A DNA stretch of 45,242 nucleotides from Octopus bimaculoides (GCF_001194135.2 NC_068989.1:20459440-20504681), one strand, 5' to 3'; counted from the stretch's first letter, positions 24,216 to 36,029 are shown. Notes: generated by a model not told the origin, from the sequence alone. Numbers and translations are program-made.

Positions 24216-25476
24216 TTCGACATAATAAGTTTCAAGTAAAAGAAACGATAAGTAACTTTTCAAGCGATTCGGTCTTTTCTCGGGCAACCGAATACTCTAA
24301 TATCCTCATCAATGATTTTGTTTTTCTTGAGTTGTGTATTGTTGTAGAGAATATTTATTGCTTTGGTTTGTTTCATGCCGTTATTAGTTTTCCTTACTGG
24401 GTATTGTCTTTCAAGTAATATTCAACGTTTATCTCTCGTTTTAAAATTTGATACAAGTTTGCAGGTTCTTCTTACCAGATGAACAAGAATCAATCAAGTA
24501 AAAAAAAATCAACTTCCTTGTACTGTTAACTCCTGAAATACGAAAAATAGAAGAGAAAATTGTGTGAGTAAAAGTGTATTGAAATTATATATTCTTATTA
24601 CACGTCAATGCTATAGCCATTAGACACGACATCACTAAGTGAAATGTACGAGTAATGGACAAAATAAAGTATAGAAGTGAGAAAAAAAAAACACCTCAAA
24701 AAACAAACACCATAGCGAACATACGGAAATACATAATAAAAAAATTGTAAAAGAATAAGTTGTACGAAAATGAACACTGAAGATAAAACAAAGCATCTAA
24801 CTATATTTAAACTACAAACCGACGTGGTTATAACACAAATCAAGGTTTAAACTACAAATCAATGTAGTTATAACACAAATCAATGAAAATATGCTACCAC
24901 GGAATGCAGTACAAACAAAATATATGACTCGGCCAAAGAAAGAAAACGATATTAGAGAAAGGACCTCACATACGGTAAATAATCTCTCGAGCAAAGAAAA
25001 TGCCACTGAACCCACTACAAACGAAACATAGGGACATTACAGCAAAACAAAGACTAACTATAGAGGGGAAAAGAAGTAAAATCTAAATGTTGATAAAGAT
25101 GAAAGTAGTCCTCATAGACGTATTCAACAAAATATATAGCCACCACACATAGTATACCCTCGACAAAACACAGAATATAACCATGCGTCACAACAGAACA
25201 TCCAGATTTATTGTATGGTACTTGTGATCCTTTCTATATATTCTATGATCAACGAATGAGAAACCAATTCTTTTATGTCACTGAAAGAATTGTAAACCAT
25301 TTTCTTCATTCTTAAAGTATAGTTGACATTGTAGTCTGCTGTAGCAAGCAAGCATGACTTGGCTACACGTTTTAGATGCTTATATAGGCGTGAAATTAGA
25401 CATCCTCTCTATCCGTTCATCCTTCATCAAGGGGCACATCTAGGGTCTGACAGTGGGAGGGTAAGAGTGGGCTGTA

Positions 25477-25706
25477 AGGCGGCGAGCTGGCAGAAACGTT
25501 AGCACGCTGGGCGAAATGCTTAGCAGTATTTCGTCTGTCTTTACGTTCTGAGTTCAAATTCCGCCGAGGTCGACTTTGCCTTTCATCCTTTCATGGTCGA
25601 TAAATTAAGTACCAGTTACGCACTGGGGTCGATGTAATCGACTTAATCCCTTTGTCTGTCCTTGTTTGACCCTCTATCTTTAGCCCCTTGTGGGCAATAA
25701 AGAAAC
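25477..25706 (+). mobile_element. SINE-A, well-preserved full-length copy with long tail and 14-bp TSD
   Basis: Perfect TSD AAGAGTGGGCTGTA at 25463-25476 and 25707-25720. Box-A-like GAGCTGGCAGAAACG and box-B-like GAGTTCAAATTCC. Tail ...TAGCCCCTTGTGGGCAATAAAGAAAC. Confidence 0.95.
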
Positions 25707-27549
25707 AAGAGTGGGCTGTACCAGTACACAAATGAATTCACTTACAACTGAATTGACTGGAGTGACGCGAAATGAAAGACCTTATTCACGGATATAAGGC
25801 ACTACCCATGACTTTATGATCGTGAAGTGTATAACCATGAAGTATAAATTAATCGATTAGTAATTGTCCTTTAGTCACCTCTGCACTTTCTGGATGTATT
25901 TATTCTCTGAAGATACATCTAGATATCTATAGATATGGTTTGTGAATAACTACATCAAGAAAACTTTGGCCTAAAATCTTCTTTGGGACCTAATAAAGTT
26001 GTCTTCTGTGTCCCTAGATTATAAAGTTGGTTCTCTACTACAATCATTAAGTGGTCTTGCTTTTGGGAAAGTTTCAGTTATTAAAGAAATATCTTTGTAG
26101 GATATCAAAAGGGGCTTTATAATTTTGATGTTCACTACCGAAATTTCTATCATCACAATATGTTTGACTTTTGTTCCCACGTTTGTATTATACTGAGGTT
26201 CTGCAACATTTCGGCACTTTTATTATGCCCCCTTGGCTCCAATGAAACTTATTTTTGCTGTTTTTTTCCTTCATAGTTCATATTTTTAGCAATTTTCTCC
26301 TCCATGAAATTGTCAGTAAAATACGAAAACTTCTAATGTGAGGCAATTTTAGTTTTAATTTCATTAATTAGGAGTTTTAGTCTTAATTTCATTAATTAAA
26401 GGATTGCATGCTTGATCGTATTCTTGATCTAGCTTCTCTTACCACAAATATATTATTTATTTTGGTTTATACTTTTGCTTTCAAAGGAAATGTCAGGTCA
26501 AAAATCACATCGAATACTTTGGGATATTTCGCTATTAATTTACATGCAGAATTTAAAACTTAAGGAAAAATTTTCTTTTTCTTTTCATCTTTGCAGTCTA
26601 TAAAATAAGTCTCATCCTGACTGTTTCGGCCAAGTGCTTATTTTATATGTAATACATTTTAGTCCACAGAAATAGGAGATAAAGCCCTCAGAGCAATTTG
26701 ATAAAGAGATATTGTGATGAAAAAACCAAGCACTGGAGGTTGGGAAATTTAAAATACTTCTGCGACACCCGTAAAAATATGTTAACGATAACAATAGCGA
26801 TGGCCTAAGATGCTAAAGTGCTTCCCTTTCAAGTATTTTCTGACGCAACAGTACAAATATAGTTGAAGGTCTGAGATTGTCAACACAAGATCGCAACTGA
26901 AGTACCAAATTCAACGTTAATTTTATGCTAATTTACAGTAAAACTATGATGAATGTTGAGTACGAAGAAAATACCGAAATTCACTTCAAACAAAATAATT
27001 GAATTTGATAGAAGGAAGAATTTATGATGAAGCTAAGGCAATTCAAAAATATTGATAAGCAGTAGATATTGCAATTGATATAATGAAGAAAATATCAATG
27101 CGTAAGTAAAACGAATTTTAATGATTACGTGACATTCTAAACATTATGAGGAAACAAAAGGAACAAAAAGCTCAACCACCACTACCACTACCAGCACAAC
27201 AATGCAATAATGAAATATGATTAACTTTCAATTAAGAAAGAAATAAAGACAATATTCCGAAAGACCCAACTAAAAGGGTAAGTGGCAAGGGTTAGGATAA
27301 AGGAGAAATAAAAGTATTAACAAATTGACGCAATGTGAGAAATTTATTTAAATATTGAAATATGGAGACACGATTATTTAAATTAACCTCAGTACATGGT
27401 TGGTATCTATTTTATCGACGCAGGAAAGATAACTGGTTCAGTCACCTCGGTGAGGTGTGAGTTTAGAATGTACGTTATTAAATATCAATAAACGTTAATT
27501 ATATCTGGAAATCTAGCAATCTTGTTGCCTATCCTGACAATAATGGTAT

Positions 27550-27860
27550 CAAATGTTGGCACAAGGCCAGCAACACTGAGGACAGGGGTGAAATAAATTA
27601 CATCAAATCAGTACTTGACTGATACTTCATTTTATCAAACCTGAAAAGACGAAAGGACCTCGCACACTGTGGTGGGATTTTGAGCTTAGAACGTAAAGAT
27701 ATGGAGTAGGGGGGGGGTCAGTCGATTACACCTCCGTTGTGCTCAGCTGACACTTATGCTATCGACCCGAAAGGATGGAAGGCAAAGTTGACCGTTGCTC
27801 TGAGATCAGAAACCAAAGAGCTGAAAAAAATGACGCGTTGACAATTCTGCCAGTTCACTA
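27550..27860 (-). mobile_element. Cluster of two degenerate SINE-A copies
   Basis: TGGCACAAGGCCAGC tail complement plus TCGACCCGAAAGGATGGAAGGCAAAGTTGACC and ATTCTGCCAGTTC head complement. Confidence 0.65.
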
Positions 27861-28518
27861 CCTTCCACCACAACACTAATAATAAGTATTTCTAATGTAG
27901 ACACAAGGTCAAACTTTTGTGGGAAGAGATGTGGCACTTAATCTCCTCCATTACATGACTACTATATATCTTGTACACTCCTACAAGTATAAGAGTCAAA
28001 GTCGAATATATAAAAATACCCTGACGAAATACTGCAGGGAATTTTGTCGGATTCTGCCTTCCATTGATTTAGCCAATAATAGAATTGATATTCAACATAT
28101 GAATGAAGCCACAAATTTTATAAAAGATCAAGTCGAATAAATTTATTCTAATCTTTAATCAGGACTTTGGATCTTACTTTATTGACGCCAGAAGAATGAA
28201 TAACAAAGTAAACCTTGGAGAAATTTGAAATCAAAACACCAACAGATTTAATCGGAAGATATTTTGTCTTTTAGTTTATTGAACTCAGTCTTAAGTAATA
28301 ATCAAGCAGCATAGGGCAAACAGTTATTATCATTGCTATAAGTATGCTGGAATGGGAAGAATTGTTAGAACGTAGGACAAAATGTCTTGCAGTTACGGCC
28401 CTTTACATTGGGAGTACAAATCCCGAGTACAAACATGTGTTTCATTCTTCAATATAATCAAATTTCCCTTCCCTATAAATTCCTGACCTTCTGTCTATAT
28501 TACAAATCAATATTATTA

Positions 28519-28735
28519 TAAGGTGGGCGAGCTGGCAGTCTCGCATGCCAGACAAAAATGCTCAGCGGCATTTCGTCCCTTTTTACGTTCTGAGTTCAAA
28601 TTCTGCCGTGGTTGACTTTGCCTTTCATCATTTTGGTGTAAATAAGATAAATATCAGTTGAGCACTGAGATCGGTGCAATGGATTTATCTCCTTCCCCAA
28701 AGTTGCTGACCTTGTGCCAGATTGTGAAACCAATA
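28519..28735 (+). mobile_element. SINE-A copy
   Basis: AAGGTGGGCGAGCTGGCAG head, GTTCTGAGTTCAAATTC, central domain and short-type tail. Confidence 0.85.
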
Positions 28736-29049
28736 CTATCATAAGGTCAGTAGGTAGACTTGAATGATGGAAGCGTCAGCCAAGATCCAGGCCTTTGTGT
28801 TCAAATCGAACCGAGGTCAGTTTTAACTTTCATCATACCAGAGTCGATATATCTGTTCAAGCAATTCCCTCTTTTACAATTTGCAGTTTTGTCCTTGTCA
28901 AGGTTTTGGAATGGCAAATCAGCGATTCAAATGGATTATCGTCCAATTTCCTCTTACATTCAGCTTGTGGTCGATAAATTAAACACCAGACTGTAATAAA
29001 TACAATTTCATATATTGTTTCTCTATAAACATAGTAAATAAATATATGC

Positions 29050-29298
29050 GTGACAGATTGGGCAAGTGACTTCTACTACAGTGAATTGAATTTGGTTGAT
29101 GGAAACTCCACAGGAGCCCACTGCACCTTCACACACTCCCACACATCCATAGAAGTTCTTTATACTTGTTTCGGTCATTGATTTGCAGCCATGGTTGGGG
29201 TATCGCCTTTGAAGGCTTTAATTGAACAAATCAACTTCAGTACTTCAAGTCTGGCACTTATTACAACGGTCTCTTTTGCGTAATCACTTAATTACAGT

Positions 29299-29340
<42 letters not shown>

Positions 29341-29476
29341 GAACACAAATTTACATACAAGGAGGGATCAATTTCGCTCCCACTTACCAAATTCCCATAT
29401 ACGCTCACAAGACATTAGTTAGTCTGGAGCTAGAGTTAAAGATTTGTCCGAGGTGCCGTACAGTGGGACTGAACTC

Positions 29477-29480
<4 letters not shown>
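29050..29480. mobile_element. Fragmented SINE-B pieces around (CA)n
   Basis: GGGCAAGTGACTTCTACTA (+) at ~29060; TACTTGTTTCGGTCATT tail complement at ~29163; head complement CCGAGGTGCCGTACAGTGGGACTGAAC at ~29450. Confidence 0.55.
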
Positions 29481-29530
<50 letters not shown>

Positions 29531-29531
<1 letters not shown>

Positions 29532-29900
29532 GTGGGGGTACCTAAATGAAACCGGAATTTTGCAATATTATCTTAGTTTTACATGTTTACACTTATATCG
29601 CCTTCAAAGTATTCTCCATTTGAAGCAATGCATCGGTCCATACGATTTTTCTACTGTTCGAAGCGGTGCTGGAACTCTTGCGAAGTGATCTCTTTTAACG
29701 TCTCCGTTATTCTTTCCTTCATCTCTTCTACATCTGCAAATTCCGTAGCACCAGCTTTCGTAACCAGTAATGACCTTCGAAAAAAGGTCCGGATCAACTT
29801 CCAGCTGTTCCTTCAGTTCAGGACATGCATTTCGTCGTGACTGCTTTTGATCGTCCGTGAGCAAGCGAGGCACAAATTTTGTTGCAACTCTTTTCATTCT
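29531..29900 (-). mobile_element. Internally deleted mariner relic inserted in (TA)n
   Basis: MKRVATKFVPRLLTDDQKQSRRNAC...KVITGYESWCYG (first catalytic D motif, mutated) joined directly to C-terminal EEMKERITETLKEITSQEFQHRFEQ..MDRCIASNGEYFEGD. Terminus next to the TA run. Confidence 0.8.
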
Positions 29901-30169
29901 CTGTAGGTACTCTTCATTCTAGTTTTTCTTCGAACTAAATCGTTATGAATAATTCCGTTGGAACAACGTATTATCCACGTAACTTACTTTTTCCCATAGA
30001 ATATCTTGCCTTCAACGATAATAATTAAAACGTTAATATTTGAATGTTTATTTTAAATCCCTTACTAGAAATTAGACTTAACTTTCAGTTGATTGTAATA
30101 GATTTTTGTACATTCTATTTGCTGAGAACAATGTAATTTACTTGTTTTCATTGTCTATGCACAGTTTTA

Positions 30170-30385
30170 GGGTATCGAGCTGGAAGTAATTAGACCTTCG
30201 GAAAAAATGCTTTGCTGTATCTCTTCTGGCTCATCACATTTTTAGTTCAAAACCCACCGACACCAACTTTGTTTTTAATCCCTTCGTGGTCGACAAAATA
30301 AACTACCAACCAATACTGGGGTCGATAGTCTCTATTAACCTCCTCCCCCCCCACATTGCTGGTCTTGTGCCCAACTCAAAAACCG
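30170..30385 (+). mobile_element. Degenerate SINE-A copy
   Basis: CGAGCTGGAAG head, TTTTAGTTCAAAACCC, GGTCGACAAAATAAACTACC, TGCTGGTCTTGTGCC tail. Confidence 0.7.
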
Positions 30386-30597
30386 TTATTTATGCATAAC
30401 ATAAGATGGCGGAGTGGAAATATTGGTACAGTGTTAGACTATTTAGTCATGATTTTGTACGTTCCGAGTTCAAATCCCATTACAAGTATCTTTGTTTTTA
30501 TTCCATTCCACCGCTAAAATAAGTAAAATATTGCTATTAGATCGAAATCTCAACGTAGTTGGCTCCTGCACTTACTAGTGTAATATTGCTAATGAAG

Positions 30598-30628
30598 AAG
30601 GGACGAGCTGGCAGAATCGGTAGCACGC
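30598..30628 (+). mobile_element. SINE-A head (5' half of a SINE split by Tx1 copy 2)
   Basis: AAGGGACGAGCTGGCAGAATCGGTAGCACGC, then an abrupt switch to LINE 5' UTR. Confidence 0.85.
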
Positions 30629-30844
30629 TGCGGTTGTCTTTGCGAGAACTTGGTTAGTAATTGTTTGTTATTATTACTTATTGTTATTGCTGCCAATTAT
30701 TGTTAAATTTTGAACTTTTCCTATTGTTCTATGTTCTGTTTTAACAGACGTAGTGGACTGTTGCTTCCCTTCGTAAGAAGGGGAAAATAATTTTTGAAAT
30801 AATTTTTGGAAAAAATATTTTGGAAAATATTCATCTTTGTGAAA

Positions 30845-32410
30845 ATGAATTCGGAGGACAAGTCTTCTAACCCTGACGAAGCTAACCAAAGAGCAACTGT
30901 AAAACAAGACAAAATGAGCGAAATTGTGAACGAAAGCCACACAAATGCAGGAAACGGAAAAAGGAGCCAAGAAGGAAAACTGAATGCTGAAAACGATAAA
31001 ATGAATAACGGAAAAGTAAACCCAACAGAAGACAACCAAAAGAAGATTAATTTTGCCACCGCAGCCGGTGTGAGAAAAGATGAATTGAACATAGAGCTAG
31101 ATTCACTGCAGCAACACAGAGGTATGTTCGAAAGGGAAAGTTTTGATGTTAAAGCCACCCTCCCTAATAAACTCACCGAAGCAACAAAGAGGAAAGTAAT
31201 AACATATAAGACAATGATAATAAAAGACAAGAAAATAGACAGGGCATCCAAAGAACAAATCGAGAAGTGTCGACAACTCATCTGGTAAGACATCGAGTTC
31301 TTGAGTAGAGAGAGAAGATAAACCACAGTAATGGTGTACTTCAAAAATGAGGAAAAGGCTATAAAGCAATCGCTCCTACCGATAAAAACTAATGAAATCA
31401 TTTTATTACCAACTTATATGGGTAAGGGAACATCCAAGAGGAAATCCCACCAGAAATAAATGTCACCTGGATTATCTCAGCCCTTCTAATGAGGGTTGAA
31501 GATAAAATCAAGATGATTGAAGCTTCCAGAATACAACAACAGAACTGGCGGGGCCAAAGGGGCTTGAGATCATAATCCAAGCAGCACCCCAGACGTTAGA
31601 AGAAATTGCTGAGAACATCCACATCGGAGAAGAAACCATCTTACGGGTAATGGTGGAGGGAAGGAAACCCAGATGCTACGAATGTGGCGAAAAAGGCCAC
31701 AATCGGGTAAACTGCCCCACCTGCAAGGAGAAAGAACAAGAGGGAAAAAAGAACAAAATGAAAAGACCGACCAGTAGAACCTCGGCACTGATGGTGTTCA
31801 ACAAGCCGGGGAAAAACGGTTGGTCGGTAGTAAGACCCCCAAAAAAGGAAAAAAATAATAACAACCAGCCCAACCCTACAACAACCAAAAAAAAAACTCA
31901 GGATACTGAAAGAAAAATTACCCCTCCCCCCACTATTCCCCCAAAAGTCAACAATATCAGATTCCTCCCCATTCTATTCCTCCTTCGGCGATGAATCCCC
32001 CCTTGCCCCTCTAGCTCGGATTTCCCCCTCTCCCAGACACCACCCCTTACCCACCAAGCCCAGGCATTCTGTCCCCGATATCAAGNNNNNNNNNNNNNNN
32101 NNNNNNNNNNNNNNNNNNNAAGTCCAACAAAATCTAACGAATATAAAGAAAACCTGACTGCAATAAACAATGATAACGAACAATTAAAAAAAAGGTTAAA
32201 GCAAATACCAACGGCGTCAATTTACAAACATCACCCTAAGACTCCAGTAAATATTCCCATTTATTAAATAGATAAAATGAACTATAACATCTTTAAAAAC
32301 TACCACCCAACTGACATGGGTCCTCCAAGACTTGATTTTAACAAGTCGATGTACGAGGACCTATGTCAGAATATCACCCCACTAACCAGTGAAAAAGAGA
32401 GTACCACTGA
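30845..32410 (+). pseudogene. Tx1 copy 2 ORF1 (disrupted) with zinc knuckle
   Basis: MNSEDKSSNP...KKINFATAAG...; MVEGRKPRCYECGEKGHNRVNC (CX2CX4HX4C); Pro-rich tail. Collinear with copy 1 ORF1. The 3' limit is approximate. Confidence 0.8.
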
Positions 32411-32423
32411 CTAAGGTAAGTCC

Positions 32424-35400
32424 ATGTCAAGCATTCACTTTGGATATATAAATGTGCGTAGCCTGACGTCTAGTTGGAAGTAAGGACGCCTCCTAAATGA
32501 CGTCAGGTCACGGAATTTAGATGTTGTTGTTGCTACAGAAACCCGATTGAAGGGGCCAAGAGATCTGCTCCAGCTCTTTTACGGTTACGAGAGTTTCATG
32601 TCTCCATGCTGTCCTCATAGGGGGAGCGGGGTGTTGGTCCTATTAAAAAGAAACGAGTTTTCTGAGAAAAAGTTGATTTTTGCACATCTAGAAGGTAGGC
32701 TGGTCGTCATTGACTTGACGGTCGGCCGTTGTAAGACTATCAGACTGGTTGCATTTTATGCACCTCAAGATACGGGTCAAACTAAGTATTATCAGAACCT
32801 AGAGAAGTTTCTTGGTACATCATATCCCTTAGTTGTGCTAGGAGACTATAACACAATCAGCGATGCACGTGTAGATTATGTTGGCTCGTGTGTTAATAGA
32901 AGTAATGCTTGCTTCCAGGATCTACTAAGACGTTTTGAGCTGGTAGATCCATACAGACTGGAATTTCCGAATGATCCATTGTGGACATGGGCAAATAGCG
33001 ACGGATCTTCCAGGTCTTATCTAGATAGAGTATTAATTAGAAAAGTAGATAAGAAGATAGCTGGGTGTCCACAGTTTCACATGGTCAGCTACCGTGATCA
33101 CAAGATGGTCACCTGTAAGCTCGACATAGATAAGTTATATAGAGGTCCCGGCTACTGGAAACTTAATACGTCCCTTTTGGCGATTACAGAGTACAGAGAC
33201 CAGATTAAGATGTTAATTCAGGGGTCATTAACCGGATCCATTATTAACAACAAATGGTGGTATGCCCTCAAGCGAGCCATTAAACATGAGTCTATTAGAT
33301 GTAGCATAGGTTTAGTGGTTAGAGAGGCTAGAAAGGAATCAGCTCTAGTTAAGGACGTAGAGGAAGCAATGCGAACTGGCTCTGCGGCTCAGGTGAAGGC
33401 CTAGAGACTGGTGTTAAATCAGCACCTCGAAACCAAACACATGGGTTGCATGGTCAGGGCTAGACAACGTGCAGTGGGTTGCGAAGGAATCAATGCTGTG
33501 GGGTGGGCCCGAGTGGGAGAAGCCCAACGCTGCAATGATGTCACAATTCGATCTTTGACGAACCAGCAGGTTAAGTTGACAGACGAACCCGAGGAGATGT
33601 GTAAGGTCTTTAAGGACCACTTCGCCCAGCTCGGGACAGGATGCGAGCTGTATAAGAATATGCCGGACTTGTTCGGACACCTATAGCTGAGTGTCAACGC
33701 GAACTGGCAACAGAATGGGCTCATCCCCAGATCAGTACGCTGGGGAGTGGTGACGCTCGTCAGAAAGGACCCGAACAAGGAGAATGTCATTGATAATTTT
33801 AGGCCTATCACTCTGCTCAACCAAAGTGTTATCGAAAAGATTGGCGCGTGTCGCGGATGGGTTGATCGGGGGAGCACAGGCATGTGCCATCCCCGGCAAA
33901 TCCATTCAGAATAATTTCCATCTTATACGATACACTATACAGGGAATTAATAACGATTCCGGCAAGGGAGTGGCAGTGGTCCATTTAGATAAGTCAAAAG
34001 CTATTGATAGGGTCGACCATCACTACCTGGTGTCCCTTCTGGCACAGTTCGGTCTGGGTCTTGGCTTCCTCAGGTGGATCATTCAAATGTATGACAACAT
34101 TGACTCGGTAGTTCGGGTGAACGGCTTTCTTTCTAAGCCGTTCCACGAAAACGCTCGGTTCGTCAAGGATGTCTGCTCTCCCGCTTTTGAATGTCATAGC
34201 TCTTGAGCCATTGCTTCGAAAGCTGAGCGGTATTTCGAGACAGCCAGGTTGTGAGGTATCGGTTTCAGCCTACGCGGATAACATCACCATTATCGTGACC
34301 AAAATGACTCACCTACAGAGGGTAGGCAAAGCCATTGAGAAATACGAGACGGTGGCAGGAGCACCTGGAGACGCTAGCTGATACCTCCTGAAGGCGTCGT
34401 GGGATGCTGGACGTAAGGTTCGAATAAATTGCTAGGAGTTTGGTTGGGACCAAACCTCCAAATATAGAAGAATTGGGCCAAGGTATCGAGCAGGGTGACT
34501 CACATTGCCAAGATCTGGTCTTGGTGGTGGCTATCCCTCAAAGGGAGGGTGAAGGTGGCCAATGTGTTTATCGCATCGGTCATCACATACCGCCTAACCG
34601 TCGTGCCTTGTCCTGGTTCGTGGTTGATCAAGCTGGAAAGACAGCTCTTCCACTTCTTGTGGCAGGGCTCGAAACAGCTTGTGAGACGCTCTATCTGCTA
34701 TCAACAACCATTAAAGGGTAGGCTAGGGATGCCTTGGCTATTGATGCGCAGACATGCGCTGAGGCTGAGGCACCTGTGGCTCTACCTGGATGGTGAACGG
34801 GTGTGGTCTTCGCTGACGAAACAGATGTTTGCCAAGTTCACTGGTTTCGGTGGACGGGAAACCTGGTTTAATCGTAGATCGAAGTTGGGTACATGGTATA
34901 CGGAGTGTCGCAAGGCACTCCTGCTTTTCCGTCGCTCGGGCAATGCCTGTGGTAGTGGTTCCACCGCTGTCTTTTCTAGAGGGTTTGTAGAGGCGGAATG
35001 CGATGATACATTGGAGGAGACCCTAGGTTTTGACGATAATCAGCTGACCAGTCTGTTCCAACGTACATTCGGGCCGAAGACCCCGGATAATTTTCAGAAG
35101 TCTTTGGCATGGCAGTGTTACCGCGGAGCCTTACCTGTCCGGGATAAACTCTCAAGGCACGGTAGCCGAGACACTTCAATCTGTTCAAGATGTGGGCGGG
35201 ACAAGGAAACCGTCCCACACACTATNNNNNNNNNNNNNNNNNNNNNNNNNNNNNNNNNNNNNNNNNNNNNNNNNNNNNNNNNNNNNNNNNNNNNNNNNNN
35301 NNNNNNTGTCGACTGAATCTATAGTGAAAATTACCCACCGGATTTCTTAACGAAAGAAGGTAGGAATTGTTTTCTCTCTGTAGTAGCAACTGCGAGAGGG

Positions 35401-35568
35401 ATTATAATGAGGAAAAGAATGAAAGGAATAAGCCCTAATCTGGTGAATTATTTCATCTTCCACCTAAAAAGGCAAATAGGGCTGGAGAGGAGATGTTTGA
35501 CTGAAGATATGTTTGGAAAAAGATGGAATAATGTTGCACGAATGTTGGGCATGAAAGCCTCCGCGTGA
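32424..35568 (+). pseudogene. Tx1 copy 2 ORF2 (APE, RT, zinc finger), disrupted
   Basis: YINVRSL, AFYAPQ, LGDYN, SYLDRVL, YRDH, GPGYWKLNTSLL, FRPITLLN, DRVDHH, SAYADNITI, CSRC. Has an internal deletion relative to copy 1 near 33630. Confidence 0.9.
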
Positions 35569-35791
35569 ATGCGATATGGTTTAAAAACCCAAGTCTATGG
35601 CAAGGTGGGGGTCATGGGGTCCGTTATAATCCCGCCTCTACTCCATCTGTTATGCCACATTGTGTCCTATCATTATCCGTATTATATGTTTTTAGAATTT
35701 TTAAAAGGACCCCAACCGCATTTCTTGTAAAATCATTCGATTTCGTTGTGTTGTCCCTTTTATGTATGTCCATATGGATAATAAAAAATTA

Positions 35792-35995
35792 AGAATCGTT
35801 AGCACGCCGGGCCATATTCTTAGTGACGTTTCATCCATCTTTACGTTCTGAGTTCAAATTCCGCCGAGGTCGATTTTACCTTTCGACCTCTCGGAGTTGA
35901 TAAAATAAGTATCAGCTGATCACTGGGAGTCGATGCAATCAACTTACCCTCTCCCCACAAACTTTCAGTCTTATGCCAAAATTTGAAACCAATAT
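35792..35995 (+). mobile_element. SINE-A body (3' half of the SINE split by Tx1 copy 2)
   Basis: Resumes AGAATCGTTAGCACGCCGGG...GTTCTGAGTTCAAATTCCGCCGAGGTCG...TGCCAAAATTTGAAACC. Confidence 0.9.
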
Positions 35996-36029
35996 TACTA
36001 ATAAATGGAAAAATCGTTAGCAAAAAACA

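Larger units (their letters stand above)
30629..35791 (+). mobile_element. L1/Tx1-clade retrotransposon, copy 2 (apparently full-length, decayed) with 16-bp TSD
   Basis: TSD AGAATCGGTAGCACGC (30613-30628) and AGAATCGTTAGCACGC (35792-35807), one mismatch. Contains 5' UTR, ORF1, ORF2 and a 3' UTR ending AATAAAAAATTA. Confidence 0.92.

Noticed and set aside
30674-31888. Hydrophobic minus-strand ORFs over Tx1 ORF1 (also 14265-14888)
   Set aside because: Antisense shadows of A-rich LINE coding sequence.
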